The notes below the pieces were generated by a model. That model made no database searches, had not been told where the DNA came from, and saw only the letters and a list, made by a program, of their open reading frames with translations. The translations under genes were made by a program, and so were the position numbers. This document shows, one piece after another, positions 19,408 to 28,060 of a stretch of 28,284 nt of DNA; within the stretch, counting starts at the first letter, position 1, and the number at the start of each line of letters is the position of its first letter. The stretch is taken from assembly GCA_031459915.1 (NCBI GenBank), contig JAVKHO010000025.1:1-28284 (forward strand), read 5' to 3'. Source of the stretch: Candidatus Tepidifontimicrobium thermophilum (lineage in GTDB: Bacteria > Sysuimicrobiota > Sysuimicrobiia > Sysuimicrobiales > Sysuimicrobiaceae).

Positions 19408-20288
19408 CACGCCTCCGGTTCACGTTTGCGGATCATGGTGCCGACCCCCGTGTCCGTGAACAGCTCCACCAGCAGCCCGTGGGGGACCTCCCCGCCGATG
19501 ATGTGGGCGCTGCGCACGCCTCCCTCCAGCGCCGCCAGACACGCCTCCACCTTCGGGATCATGCCCCGGGACACCACGCCTTCGGTGATGAGGGTACGCG
19601 CCGCCTCCGGAGTCAGCTCCGACAGCAGCTCGCGGCCGTGCGCGGTCTCCCGGTAGATGCCCTCCACGTCCGTGAGCACGATGAGTTTGTCGGCCCGCAG
19701 GGCCACCGCCAGGGCGGCCGCGGCGCTGTCCGCGTTGAGGTTGAAGCTCACCCCGTCGGGCCCGAATCCGAGCGAGGCGACCACGGGCAGGTAGCCGGCG
19801 TCCAGCAGCACCTCCACCACCTTCGGGTCCACCTGGGCCACCTCGCCCACGAGCCCCAGGTCCACCCCGGGCGCGTGCCTGCGCGCCCGCAGCAGGGCCG
19901 CGTCCTTTCCGGAAAGGCCCACCGCGCGGCCTCCGGCCCGGTGGATGAGGGTCACCAGGTGCTTGTTCACGCGCCCCGCCAGCACCATCTCCACGACCTC
20001 CATGGTCTCCTCGTCGGTGACCCGGAGGCCGTTGACGAACCGGGTCGTCTTGCCGAGCCGCTCCAGCAGGCGCGTGATCTCCGGGCCGCCCCCGTGCACC
20101 AGCACGGGCCGCACGCCCGCCTGCTGCAGGAGCACCAGGTCCTGGGGGAGGGTGCCCAGGGACGGGGCGTCCAGCACGCTACCGCCGAACTTCACCACCA
20201 CGGTCCGGCCCTTCCACGCGGCCACGTACCGCAGGGCCTCTGCCAGGGACCGGCCGAGGTTGTGGGGAAGGGTGGCCAAGATCCTCAC
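19407..20288 (-). CDS. argB: Acetylglutamate kinase
   Basis: EALRY N-terminal helix, VVKFGG, VHGGGPEI, GLRVTD, NLNAD, LTDVEG, GMIPKV, ELFTDTGVGT (arginine-sensitive-type signature). Confidence 0.96.
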   Translation of the reverse strand: MRILATLPHNLGRSLAEALRYVAAWKGRTVVVKFGGSVLDAPSLGTLPQDLVLLQQAGVRPVLVHGGGPEITRLLERLGKTTRFVNGLRVTDEETMEVVEMVLAGRVNKHLVTLIHRAGGRAVGLSGKDAALLRARRHAPGVDLGLVGEVAQVDPKVVEVLLDAGYLPVVASLGFGPDGVSFNLNADSAAAALAVALRADKLIVLTDVEGIYRETAHGRELLSELTPEAARTLITEGVVSRGMIPKVEACLAALEGGVRSAHIIGGEVPHGLLVELFTDTGVGTMIRKREPEA

Positions 20289-20306
20289 CGCTCCTCTGTC
20301 CCGTTT

Positions 20307-21521
20307 TCACGTGATGTAGCTGCCGTTGATGCGGACGTACTCCTCACCCAGATCACAGGTCCACACCCGCGCCCGGCCCGGGCCCAGTCCCAGGTCCACC
20401 CGCAGCAGGACCTCCGGCCGCCGCAGCGCCTGCGCTGCCCGGTCGAACACGCCCTCCACGCCCACCCCGCCGTGCACCACCTGAACGTCCCCGAACCACA
20501 CCGCCACCCGCCGTTCGTCCACCTCCGCGCCGGAGTAGCCCACCGCGGCCACCACCCGGCCCCAGTTGGGCTCTCCCCCGTGCAGCATGGTCTTCACCAG
20601 CAGCGAAGTGGCCACCGCGAAGGCCGCCCGCTCCGCGTCGGCCTGGTCTCTGGCGCCCTCCACCACCACCTCCACCAGGCGCTGGGCGCCCTCGCCGTCC
20701 CGCACCACCATCCTCGCCAGATCCTGAGCCACCGCGGTGAGGGCCTCCGTGAACCGGTCCAGGTCCTCTCCGCCCTCCACGGGGGGCGCCTGTGCCTGGC
20801 CGTTGGCCAGCACCAGGACCGTGTCGTTGGTGCTGGTGTCCCCGTCCACCGTGATCCGGTTGAAGGATTCATCCACCGCGTGCTCCAGCGCCCGCCGGAG
20901 CACCGGCGCGGGGACTGCGGCGTCCGTGGTGAGGAAGCACAGGGTGGTGGCCAGCCTGGGGTGGATCATCCCCGCGCCCTTGGCCATCCCGCCCACGGTC
21001 ACCTGCACCCCGCCCACCGTGGTCACCGCCGCGGAGGTCTTGGGGAAGGCGTCGGTGGTCAGGATGGCCTCCGCGGCCTGGTCACCCGACCGGGACAGCG
21101 ACCGCACGGCCAGCGGGATCCCGCGCCGTAACGCCTCCATGGGCAGCGGCACGCCGATGACCCCCGTGGACGCCACCAGCACCTGCTCCGCGGGGATCCC
21201 CAGGGCCTGCGCGGTGCGCTCCGCCATCTCCTGTGCGTCGTGCCACCCGCGGTCGCCGGTGCAGGCGTTGGCGTTCCCGCTGTTCACCACCACGGCCCGG
21301 GCCACGCCCCGCCGCACCACCTCCTGACACCACCGGACCGGCGCCGCCTTGATGCGGTTGGTGGTGAACACCCCGGCCACGGTGGCCGGGGACTCCGAGA
21401 CCAGCAGGGCCAGGTCCGGCTTGCGCTGCTTGATCCCGCAGTGCACGCCCGCGGCCAGGTAGCCCCGGGGCGCGGTGACCCCACCGGAAGTGCGTTGCCA
21501 GGACAAAGGCTCGGTGAGCAT
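20307..21521 (-). CDS. argJ: Ornithine acetyltransferase ArgJ
   Basis: GVFTTN, NSGNANACTG, STGVIG, ILTTD, AKGAGMIHP..AT, DGDTSTND, RDGEGA, NWGR, TCDL..EYV.IN. ATG 21521 after GAGGTG. Confidence 0.96.
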   Translation of the reverse strand: MLTEPLSWQRTSGGVTAPRGYLAAGVHCGIKQRKPDLALLVSESPATVAGVFTTNRIKAAPVRWCQEVVRRGVARAVVVNSGNANACTGDRGWHDAQEMAERTAQALGIPAEQVLVASTGVIGVPLPMEALRRGIPLAVRSLSRSGDQAAEAILTTDAFPKTSAAVTTVGGVQVTVGGMAKGAGMIHPRLATTLCFLTTDAAVPAPVLRRALEHAVDESFNRITVDGDTSTNDTVLVLANGQAQAPPVEGGEDLDRFTEALTAVAQDLARMVVRDGEGAQRLVEVVVEGARDQADAERAAFAVATSLLVKTMLHGGEPNWGRVVAAVGYSGAEVDERRVAVWFGDVQVVHGGVGVEGVFDRAAQALRRPEVLLRVDLGLGPGRARVWTCDLGEEYVRINGSYIT

Positions 21522-21544
21522 CGGGGACACCTCGACGGCTCGGG

Positions 21545-22579
21545 TTAGGGGAACAGGGCGGGAGTCCACAGGCCGGTGGTCTCCGGCAGGCCGAACATGA
21601 CGTTCAGGTTCTGCACCGCCTGCCCCGCCCCGCCCTTCACCAGGTTGTCCAGGGCCGCCACCGCCACCGCCAGCCCGCGTTCCGCGTCCACCCGCACGGT
21701 GACGTCGCAGAAGTTGGAGCCGTAGGTGGCCTTGGTCTGTGGCAGCTCGCCCTCCAGCACCCTCACGAACGCCTCCCCGCCGTACGCCTCCCGGTACAGG
21801 CCCAACGCCTCCTCCGCGGAAAGCGAGCGGGTGAGGGGCGCGTAGCAGGTGGCCAGGATCCCCCGGGTCATGGGGATCAGGTGGGGGGCGAACAGCACCG
21901 ACACCGCAACCCCCGCCTCCGCCAGCGCCTGCTCCATCTCGGGCTGGTGGCGGTGGACGCCCACGTTGTACGGCTTGACGTTTTCGTTCACCTCGCCGAA
22001 GTGGGTGCCCGCGGAGGGGCTGCGTCCCGCGCCGGAGACCCCTGACTTGGCGTCCACCACCACGGGACCCGCCACCAACCCCGCCTGCACCAGGGGCGCC
22101 AGCGCCAGCACCGCGGCGGTGGGGTAGCAGCCGGGGTTGGCCACCAGCCGCGCGGTCCGGACCCGGGACCGGTACAGCTCCGTGAGCCCGTACACCGCCT
22201 CGCCCAGCAGCTCGGGGGCGGTGTGCTCCTGCCTGTACCACCGCGCGTACGCGGCGGGGTCCTTCAGGCGGAAGTCGGCGCCCAGGTCCACCACCCGGGC
22301 TCCCGCGGCCAGCAGCTCCGGTGCCGCCTGAAGGGCCATGCCGTGGGGCAGCGCCAGGAACACCACGTCGGAGTCCCGGCCGATCCGCCCCAGCTCCGCG
22401 GGCTCCAGGACCTGGTCCACGACACCCCGGAGGTTGGGGAACACCGCGCCCATGGCCCGGCCCTCGTGCTGGGAGGCGGTGAGGTGCACCAGCTCCACCT
22501 GCGGGTGCCCGCTCAACAGCCGCACCAGCTCCCCGCCGGTGTAGCCGGAAGCGCCGACGACGCTCACGCGGATGGCCAT
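21545..22579 (-). CDS. argC: N-acetyl-gamma-glutamyl-phosphate reductase
   Basis: GASGYTGGEL, LALPHG, DLGADFRL, ANPGCYPT, SGVSGAGR, HRHQPE, LDNLVKGGAGQAVQNLN. Confidence 0.97.
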   Translation of the reverse strand: MAIRVSVVGASGYTGGELVRLLSGHPQVELVHLTASQHEGRAMGAVFPNLRGVVDQVLEPAELGRIGRDSDVVFLALPHGMALQAAPELLAAGARVVDLGADFRLKDPAAYARWYRQEHTAPELLGEAVYGLTELYRSRVRTARLVANPGCYPTAAVLALAPLVQAGLVAGPVVVDAKSGVSGAGRSPSAGTHFGEVNENVKPYNVGVHRHQPEMEQALAEAGVAVSVLFAPHLIPMTRGILATCYAPLTRSLSAEEALGLYREAYGGEAFVRVLEGELPQTKATYGSNFCDVTVRVDAERGLAVAVAALDNLVKGGAGQAVQNLNVMFGLPETTGLWTPALFP

Positions 22580-22615
22580 GGAATTACTATACGCAAGCGT
22601 GCATGAAGATTCAAA
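22578..22615 (-). promoter_or_regulatory. arg operon promoter with two overlapping ARG boxes
   Basis: TTGAAT(22614-22609)-17 bp-TATAGT(22591-22586)-6 nt-ATG. Boxes ttTGAATCTTCATGCAcg and tgCGTATAGTAATTCCat, 2 bp apart. AT-rich island in GC-rich DNA; argR is in the same operon. Confidence 0.8.
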
Positions 22616-23279
22616 CCCACCCGGCGGCCAGCTCCCCCAGGCTAGTGACCACCCGGTCAGGACTCACCCCCAGGCGCTCCCAGGGCAGCCCGCGGCGGTT
22701 CACCCACGCGGTGGGGAACCCGTACGAGGCGGCGCCGGCGACGTCGAACCCGTTGGAGGACACGAACAGGACCTCCTCCCGCGGGATCGCGAGGCTCCGG
22801 CACACGAAGTCGTAGGCGGCGGGGTGCGGCTTGTAGACCCGGACCTCGTCGTCCACGCTCAACACCGCCTCCAGGTACCGGCTCAGGCCGCTGGAGACGG
22901 CCGCGGATTGCAGCATCTGACGGGTGCCGTTGGAGAACACGCAGCAGCGTACGCCGCGCGCGGTGAGCTCCGAAAGGGCGGGCGCTGCGTCCGGGAAGGC
23001 CGGTACATCCAGCCACGCGGACATGAGCCGGTCCCGAGCTTCCGCGGACAGGTGCAGGCCCGCGGCCTCGCACGCGAATTCCAGGGCGTCCCGGGTCACC
23101 GCCCAGAAGTCCCGGTACCGATCCAGGAGGCTGCGCAGCCACGTGTACTCCAGCTGCTTGGCCCGCCACAGGCGCACGAGGGCTGTTCCCTGTCCTGGGG
23201 CCTCCGCCTCCGCGCGCGTCACCAGCCCTTCTGTGTCGAACAGGGTACCGTAGGCGTCAAAGACGGCCACCCCCGTCAT
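22611..23279 (-). CDS. Haloacid dehalogenase type II family hydrolase
   Basis: FDAYGTLFD, WRAKQLEYTW, FSNG, YKPHP..Y, FVSSNGFD. ATG 23279 overlaps the Maf stop. Confidence 0.92.
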   Translation of the reverse strand: MTGVAVFDAYGTLFDTEGLVTRAEAEAPGQGTALVRLWRAKQLEYTWLRSLLDRYRDFWAVTRDALEFACEAAGLHLSAEARDRLMSAWLDVPAFPDAAPALSELTARGVRCCVFSNGTRQMLQSAAVSSGLSRYLEAVLSVDDEVRVYKPHPAAYDFVCRSLAIPREEVLFVSSNGFDVAGAASYGFPTAWVNRRGLPWERLGVSPDRVVTSLGELAAGWV

Positions 23280-23875
23280 CCTTCCCCCTCCGGCGGGTAC
23301 AGTTCGGGCAGCCGGCGCAGCAGCAGCTCCGCCAGCCGCGGCACGGGCAGGCCCACCACGTTCCAGAAGTCTCCCTCCACCGCTTCCACGAACGCGGAAG
23401 CCCGGCCCTGGATGGCGTACCCGCCCGCCCGGCCCCGCCACTCCCCGCTGCGCACGTACGCGTCCACCTCCCGGTCGTGAAGCCGCCGGAAGCGGACCCG
23501 GGTGGTCTCGTGGTGCAGCTCCTCCCACTCTTCGGTCAGCAGGCACAGGCCGGAGACGACCGTGTGGGTGCGGCCCGACAGCATGCGCAGCATGGCCGCG
23601 GCCTCCTCCTCGGTGGAGGGCTTGCCCCACGTGCGCCCGTCCAGGACCACCGTGGTGTCCACGCCCAGCACCGGGCGGCCGCCCGCCGCGGCCAGCACGG
23701 AACGCGCCTTGCCCCGGGCGTGCTGCCGGACCATCCCCACGGGGTCCGTGCTGGGCCCGTCGTCCTCCTCAAAAGGAGGCGGGACGACCACGAACGGGAT
23801 CCCCAGCTGGGCCAGGATGGCCCGCCGCTGCGGCGAGGTGGAGGCCAGGACCAGTACCTGCCTGGGTTCTGCCAC
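23276..23875 (-). CDS. maf: Maf family nucleoside triphosphate pyrophosphatase
   Basis: LASTSPQRR, GKARSV, VDTTVV, GKP, LSGRTH, AGGYAIQG, NVVGLP. Start GTG 23875. Confidence 0.92.
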   Translation of the reverse strand: MAEPRQVLVLASTSPQRRAILAQLGIPFVVVPPPFEEDDGPSTDPVGMVRQHARGKARSVLAAAGGRPVLGVDTTVVLDGRTWGKPSTEEEAAAMLRMLSGRTHTVVSGLCLLTEEWEELHHETTRVRFRRLHDREVDAYVRSGEWRGRAGGYAIQGRASAFVEAVEGDFWNVVGLPVPRLAELLLRRLPELYPPEGEG

Positions 23876-23882
23876 GCCTTCG

Positions 23883-23888
23883 AGTGTA
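23883..23888 (-). promoter_or_regulatory. Putative -10 for leaderless maf transcript
   Basis: TACACT, 7 nt before GTG 23875; no clear Shine-Dalgarno. Confidence 0.45.
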
Positions 23889-23936
23889 CCGCGCCGCGGG
23901 CAGGGTCCGAGACGCCCTGCGGCGAACTCCTGAGGG

Positions 23937-24944
23937 GTGCTGTTGGACGCCGCCCTGCCGCCGTGTTCTCTGCGTGAGGTCCCCCGGCTGGCCCGCGCCG
24001 CGGAGGAGCTGGGCATCCACTGCCTGTGGAGCCCTGAGACCCAGCACGACCCCTTCCTGCCCGGCCCCCTGGTGTTCGAACACACCCGCCGTCTGGCCTT
24101 CGGCACCGCGGTGGCCATCGCGTTCGCCCGCAGCCCCGCCACCCTGGCGTACACCGCGTGGGACCTGGCGCAGGCTAGCTCGGGCCGGTTCATCCTGGGA
24201 CTGGGGACCCAGGTCCGCGCCCACGTGGAGAGGCGGTTCGGGATGCCGTGGCCGGAGTCCGTGGTGGGCAAGCTGCGGGAGCAGGTGCTGGCCATGCGGG
24301 CCTTCTGGCGGTGCTGGCAAACGGGCGAGCCGCTGCGCTTCGAAGGCCGGTACTACCGGCTGAACCTGATGTCGCCGTTTTTCAACCCCGGACCGGTGGA
24401 CCACCCGGACGTCCCCGTGTACCTGGCCGGCGTGAACACGGGCCTGGCGCGCCTGGCGGGCGAGCTGGCCCAGGGCTTCCACGTGCACCCCCTGCACAGC
24501 CCCGACTACCTCAGGAAGGTGGTCCTCCCTGCGCTGGAAACCGGCGCGTCCCGTGCGGGGCGCCGGCGTTCGGACGTGGCGGTCACCGTCAACGCGTTTG
24601 TGGCCACCGACGACGGTGAGGTGGAGTTCGTGCGGTCCCAGATCGCCTTCTACGCGTCCACCCCCTCCTACCGGGCAGTGTTCGCCCTCCACGGGTGGGA
24701 GGAGGTGGCGCAGCGCCTGTCCCAGCTGGCCTCCGCGCGCCAGTGGGAAGCCCTTCCCCGGCTGATCACCGACGAGATGGTGTCCGCGTTCGCGGTGGTG
24801 GCCGACCTCTCCGGACTTGCGGAAGCCCTCCGGGCCCGGTACTCAGGCCTCGCGGACCGCCTGGTCCCCTACCTGCCCTTCGACCCCGACCGCCGGGCGG
24901 ACCTGTGGGCCGCCCTCGCGTCCGGTCTTGCCCGCACAGGCTGA
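23937..24944 (+). CDS. LLM-class oxidoreductase, putatively F420-dependent (TIGR03617-like)
   Basis: ETQHDPFL, GTAVAIAFARSP, GRFILGLGTQV..HVERRF, YRLNLM.PFFNPGP, QIAFYASTPSY. Confidence 0.85.
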   Translation: MLLDAALPPCSLREVPRLARAAEELGIHCLWSPETQHDPFLPGPLVFEHTRRLAFGTAVAIAFARSPATLAYTAWDLAQASSGRFILGLGTQVRAHVERRFGMPWPESVVGKLREQVLAMRAFWRCWQTGEPLRFEGRYYRLNLMSPFFNPGPVDHPDVPVYLAGVNTGLARLAGELAQGFHVHPLHSPDYLRKVVLPALETGASRAGRRRSDVAVTVNAFVATDDGEVEFVRSQIAFYASTPSYRAVFALHGWEEVAQRLSQLASARQWEALPRLITDEMVSAFAVVADLSGLAEALRARYSGLADRLVPYLPFDPDRRADLWAALASGLARTG

Positions 24945-25034
24945 GGGCGCGCCGCGGTCCCGCCACGCTTCTTAAAAAAGGAGTAGTTCCCAGCGCTCCG
25001 GCAGGACAGGCGATACTTCCCGTGGAGAGGGACG

Positions 25035-25556
25035 ATGGACCTGTTCGAAGCCATCCAGCGTCGCCGGTCGGTCCGGGCCTACGAGCCCAGGGCCGTGGAG
25101 GCCGACAAGCTCCGCCGGATCCTGACCTGCGCCCTCGCGGCACCTTCCGCCGGCAACCTCCAGGCCTACACCGTCGTGGTGGTCACCGAGCCTGACACCA
25201 GACGCGCGCTGGCCCGGGCCGCCCTGGACCAGGAGTTCGTGGCCCAGGCGCCCTGCGTGCTGGTCTTCTTCCAGGACCCCTCGCGCTCCGCCGTCCGCTA
25301 CGGCCGCCGGGGAGCTGAACTGTACTCCCTCCAGGACGCCACCATCGCGTGCAGCTACGCCCAGCTGGCGGCCACGGCCTTAGGGCTGGCCACCTGCTGG
25401 GTGGGAGCCTTCGGCGAGCACGAGGTCCGGCGCTTGGTGAAGGCACCCAGGGACCTGAGACCGGTGGCGCTGCTGACGGTGGGCTACCCTGCAGAGGCAC
25501 CCGGCCCTGCCGGACGCCGGCCGCTGCGCGAGGTCGTCCGGTGGGAGACCTTCTGA
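25035..25556 (+). CDS. Nitroreductase family protein
   Basis: AI..RRSVRAY, APSAGNLQ, LAATALGLATCWVGAF, VGYPAE. Confidence 0.92.
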   Translation: MDLFEAIQRRRSVRAYEPRAVEADKLRRILTCALAAPSAGNLQAYTVVVVTEPDTRRALARAALDQEFVAQAPCVLVFFQDPSRSAVRYGRRGAELYSLQDATIACSYAQLAATALGLATCWVGAFGEHEVRRLVKAPRDLRPVALLTVGYPAEAPGPAGRRPLREVVRWETF

Positions 25557-25560
25557 CGCG

Positions 25561-25636
25561 TGGTGCCTGGGGAGGGAGTCGAACCCCCGACACGGGGATT
25601 TTCAGTCCCCTGCTCTACCACCTGAGCTACCCAGGC
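25561..25636 (-). tRNA. tRNA-Phe (GAA)
   Basis: GCCTGGGTAGCTCAGGTGGTAGAGCAGGGGA-CTGAAAA-TCCCC...GGTTCGACTCC...CCCAGGCACCA. Confidence 0.97.
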
Positions 25637-25641
25637 CCTTC

Positions 25642-25719
25642 TGGCGGGAGCGACGGGATTTGAACCCGCGATCTCCGGCGTGACAGGCCGGTGTGTTAAC
25701 CTGGCTACACCACGCCCCC
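25642..25719 (-). tRNA. tRNA-Asp (GTC)
   Basis: GGGGGCGTGGTGTAGCCAGGTTAACACACCGGC-CTGTCAC-GCCGG...GGTTCAAATCC...CGCTCCCGCCA; G73. Confidence 0.97.
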
Positions 25720-25735
25720 GCTCCCGCCGAACGGT

Positions 25736-25764
25736 AGTCTACCGGCCGCGCAGCGCGAGGGCAA
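25736..25764 (-). promoter_or_regulatory. Sigma70-type promoter for tRNA-Asp/tRNA-Phe
   Basis: TTGCCC-17 bp-TAGACT upstream of tRNA-Asp. Confidence 0.65.
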
Positions 25765-25825
25765 GGGTGCGCGCCCGCCACCGCCAGGGTACCATTCTTC
25801 CGGGACGCCGTCGGAGGAGGGCTCC

Positions 25826-27178
25826 ATGCCGCGCGGAAGCCGAGAGTTCGTGACCCCGGACACGGTAGGCCTGCTGGTGGACCTGTACGAGCTGACCATG
25901 GCGCAGTGCTACTTCCGCGAGGGCAAGAACGAGCTCGCTACCTTCGACCTGTTCGTCCGCGCCCTGCCGCCCCATCGGGCCTTCCTGCTCAACGCGGGGC
26001 TGGACACCGTCCTGGACTACCTGGAAGGCCTGCGGTTCGGCCCGGAGGCGGTGGACTACCTGCGCAGCCTCGGCCTATTTGACGAGGAGTTCCTGGACTA
26101 CCTGCGGCACTTCCGGTTCACCGGGGACGTGCGGGCGCTCCCGGAGGGCGAGGTCTTTTTCCCCCCGGAACCCGTCCTGCAGATCACCGCTCCCCGCATC
26201 GAGGCCCAGATCGTGGAGACGTTCCTGCTGAACCAGGTGAACTTCCAGGTGATGGTGGCCAGCAAGGCGGCCCGGGTGGTGCTGGCGGCCCGGGGCCGGC
26301 CCGTGGTGGACTTCAGCCCCCGCCGGGACCACGGCACCGACGCCGCCCTGAAGGCGGCCCGCTCCAGCTACCTGGCGGGCTGTGTGGGTACTTCCAACGT
26401 GCTGGCGGGCATGCTGTACGGGATCCCCGTGTACGGCACCATGGCGCACTCCTACGTGATGTCCTTCGACAGCGAGCTGGAGGCCTTCCGGGCCTACGCC
26501 CGCCACTTCCCCGACCAGTGCGTGCTCCTCATCGACACCTACGACACCCTCGAGGGCGCGCGGCTGGCCGCCCAGGTGGCGGACGAGCTGCAGGCCAGCG
26601 GCCACCGCCTCCGGGCGGTGCGCATCGACAGCGGCGACCTGCTGGAGCTCAGCCGGCAGGTCCGCCGGATCCTGGACGAGGCCGGCCACCCGGAAGTCCA
26701 GATCCTGGCCAGCGGGGACCTGAACGAGTACCGGATCGCGGAGCTGGTGGGAGCCGGTGCCCCCATCGACGCCTTCGGCGTGGGGACGGAGATGGGGACT
26801 TCCTACGACGCGCCGGCCCTGGGCGGGGTGTACAAGCTGGTGGAGGACGAAAGCGGCTACCGCATCAAGCGCAGCACCGGGAAGGTGACCCTCCCCGGCC
26901 GCAAGCAGGTGTGGCGGGTCTGCCGAGAAGGCGTGCTGTACGAGGACGTCATCGCCCTGGCGGACGAGCCGGGCCCTCCGGGCGCAGAGCCCCTACTGGT
27001 GGAGGTGATGGTGGGAGGCGTCCGGTCCGTGCGGGAGACCCTCGCGGAGGCCCGGGAGCGGGCCCGGCGCCGGCTACGGGCGTTGCCGGAGGCCCTACAG
27101 GACCTGCGGGACGGCTCCTACCCCGTGCGCCTGGGACCGCGCCTGGAAGCCCTCTTCCACCGGATGGCGTCCGCGTAG
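25826..27178 (+). CDS. pncB: Nicotinate phosphoribosyltransferase
   Basis: DLYELTM, F.LFVR.LP, AQIVET, GTSNV, GTMAHS, LIDTYDT, RIDSGDL, ASGDLNE, FGVGT, VYKLV, PGRKQV. GGAGG RBS. Confidence 0.95.
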   Translation: MPRGSREFVTPDTVGLLVDLYELTMAQCYFREGKNELATFDLFVRALPPHRAFLLNAGLDTVLDYLEGLRFGPEAVDYLRSLGLFDEEFLDYLRHFRFTGDVRALPEGEVFFPPEPVLQITAPRIEAQIVETFLLNQVNFQVMVASKAARVVLAARGRPVVDFSPRRDHGTDAALKAARSSYLAGCVGTSNVLAGMLYGIPVYGTMAHSYVMSFDSELEAFRAYARHFPDQCVLLIDTYDTLEGARLAAQVADELQASGHRLRAVRIDSGDLLELSRQVRRILDEAGHPEVQILASGDLNEYRIAELVGAGAPIDAFGVGTEMGTSYDAPALGGVYKLVEDESGYRIKRSTGKVTLPGRKQVWRVCREGVLYEDVIALADEPGPPGAEPLLVEVMVGGVRSVRETLAEARERARRRLRALPEALQDLRDGSYPVRLGPRLEALFHRMASA

Positions 27179-27182
27179 CGGC

Positions 27183-27683
27183 CTACTGGAACCGCACCCG
27201 CACCCGGTCCCGGTCCTGGGGGTAGTAACGGAGGAACTCGTCCACCGTCATCTCCCGGTCGTTCACCCACACCCGAAGCCGCCCCGGGGCCTGGCCGCAC
27301 TTGTCGCCGTTGCGGAACCGGCGGCCGTCCGGCAGCACCAGGGCGTCCGGCTCCAGCGACACCCCGATGGACCGGAGAAACGTGGCCAGTGTCGCCTGCC
27401 GGCCCTCCTCGTCCGTCTCGGGGTGCACGTGGATCACCCCGTCGCCGTGGGTGTGCACGTTGCCGGGGCTGGGAGGAAAGGCCAGGGCGCGGCCGCACAC
27501 CTCCACGGAGAAGGGGGCGTGCCAGTGGGCTCCGGCCCGCGGGTACGGGGGCCGGGACCGGATGGCGTAGGCGACCACCGCCACCCCCAACACCACCAGC
27601 GCGCCGAAAGCCCAGGGCCAGATCCGGTCGACGGGGCGCTTTGCCTTGTGAGGCTCCTGCTTGGGGCTCCTGCGCCTGGCCAT
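27183..27683 (-). CDS. Uncharacterised membrane-anchored protein with HWH / HTHGDG..HVH motifs
   Basis: ATG 27683, basic N-terminus, one TM helix, then HWHAP...CG, NVHTHGDGVIHVHP, TLATFL, and VN...YYPQDRD.V.V.F at the C-terminus. Confidence 0.75.
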   Translation of the reverse strand: MARRRSPKQEPHKAKRPVDRIWPWAFGALVVLGVAVVAYAIRSRPPYPRAGAHWHAPFSVEVCGRALAFPPSPGNVHTHGDGVIHVHPETDEEGRQATLATFLRSIGVSLEPDALVLPDGRRFRNGDKCGQAPGRLRVWVNDREMTVDEFLRYYPQDRDRVRVRFQ

Positions 27684-27697
27684 GGCCTTTCGACGCT

Positions 27698-28009
27698 TCA
27701 GACGGGGTAGCCCATGCTCTGCAGGGCCAGCCGGCCTTCCTCCGTGAGCCTCTCGGGCGTCCAGGGCGGGCTGAACACGATGTCCACCTCCACCTCCTCC
27801 ACCCCCGGCAGCTGGCCCACTTTCCACCGGATCTCCTCCGCCAGGACCGGCCCAATGGGGCAACCCAGCGCGGTCAGGGTCATCTGGATCCGGACCTTAC
27901 CATTTTCCTGCGCGATGTCGTAGATCAACCCCAGGTCCCAGATGTTCACCGGGATCTCCGGGTCGTAGCAGGTCTTCAGCACCTCCACGATCTCTTCCCG
28001 ACTCGCCAT
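27698..28009 (-). CDS. DUF59/MIP18 (SufT/PaaD-like) metal-sulfur cluster assembly protein
   Basis: YDPEIPVNIWDLGLIY, MTLTALGCP, VFSPPWTPE. Confidence 0.92.
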   Translation of the reverse strand: MASREEIVEVLKTCYDPEIPVNIWDLGLIYDIAQENGKVRIQMTLTALGCPIGPVLAEEIRWKVGQLPGVEEVEVDIVFSPPWTPERLTEEGRLALQSMGYPV

Positions 28010-28035
28010 AGCGCCCCCCTTGCGTGACCTTTTCT

Positions 28036-28044
28036 AGCCTACCA
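28036..28044 (-). promoter_or_regulatory. Putative extended -10 promoter for the DUF59 gene
   Basis: TGgTAGGCT, then a short leader with AAGGGGGG RBS before ATG 28009. Confidence 0.45.
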
Positions 28045-28060
28045 CAGCCCGGCGGCGGTC

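Noticed and set aside
21522..22241. Apparent 240-aa N-terminal extension or fusion on ArgJ
   Set aside because: Shadow frame inside argC; the real start is ATG 21521 with its own RBS.
23280..24295. Long N-terminal extensions on the HAD and Maf ORFs
   Set aside because: They overlap Maf and the antisense LLM gene respectively; family homology starts at 23279 and 23875.
25561..25719. tRNA genes as integration sites for a genomic island
   Set aside because: No integrase and no duplicated tRNA 3' end seen in the window, either here or at 8108-8290.
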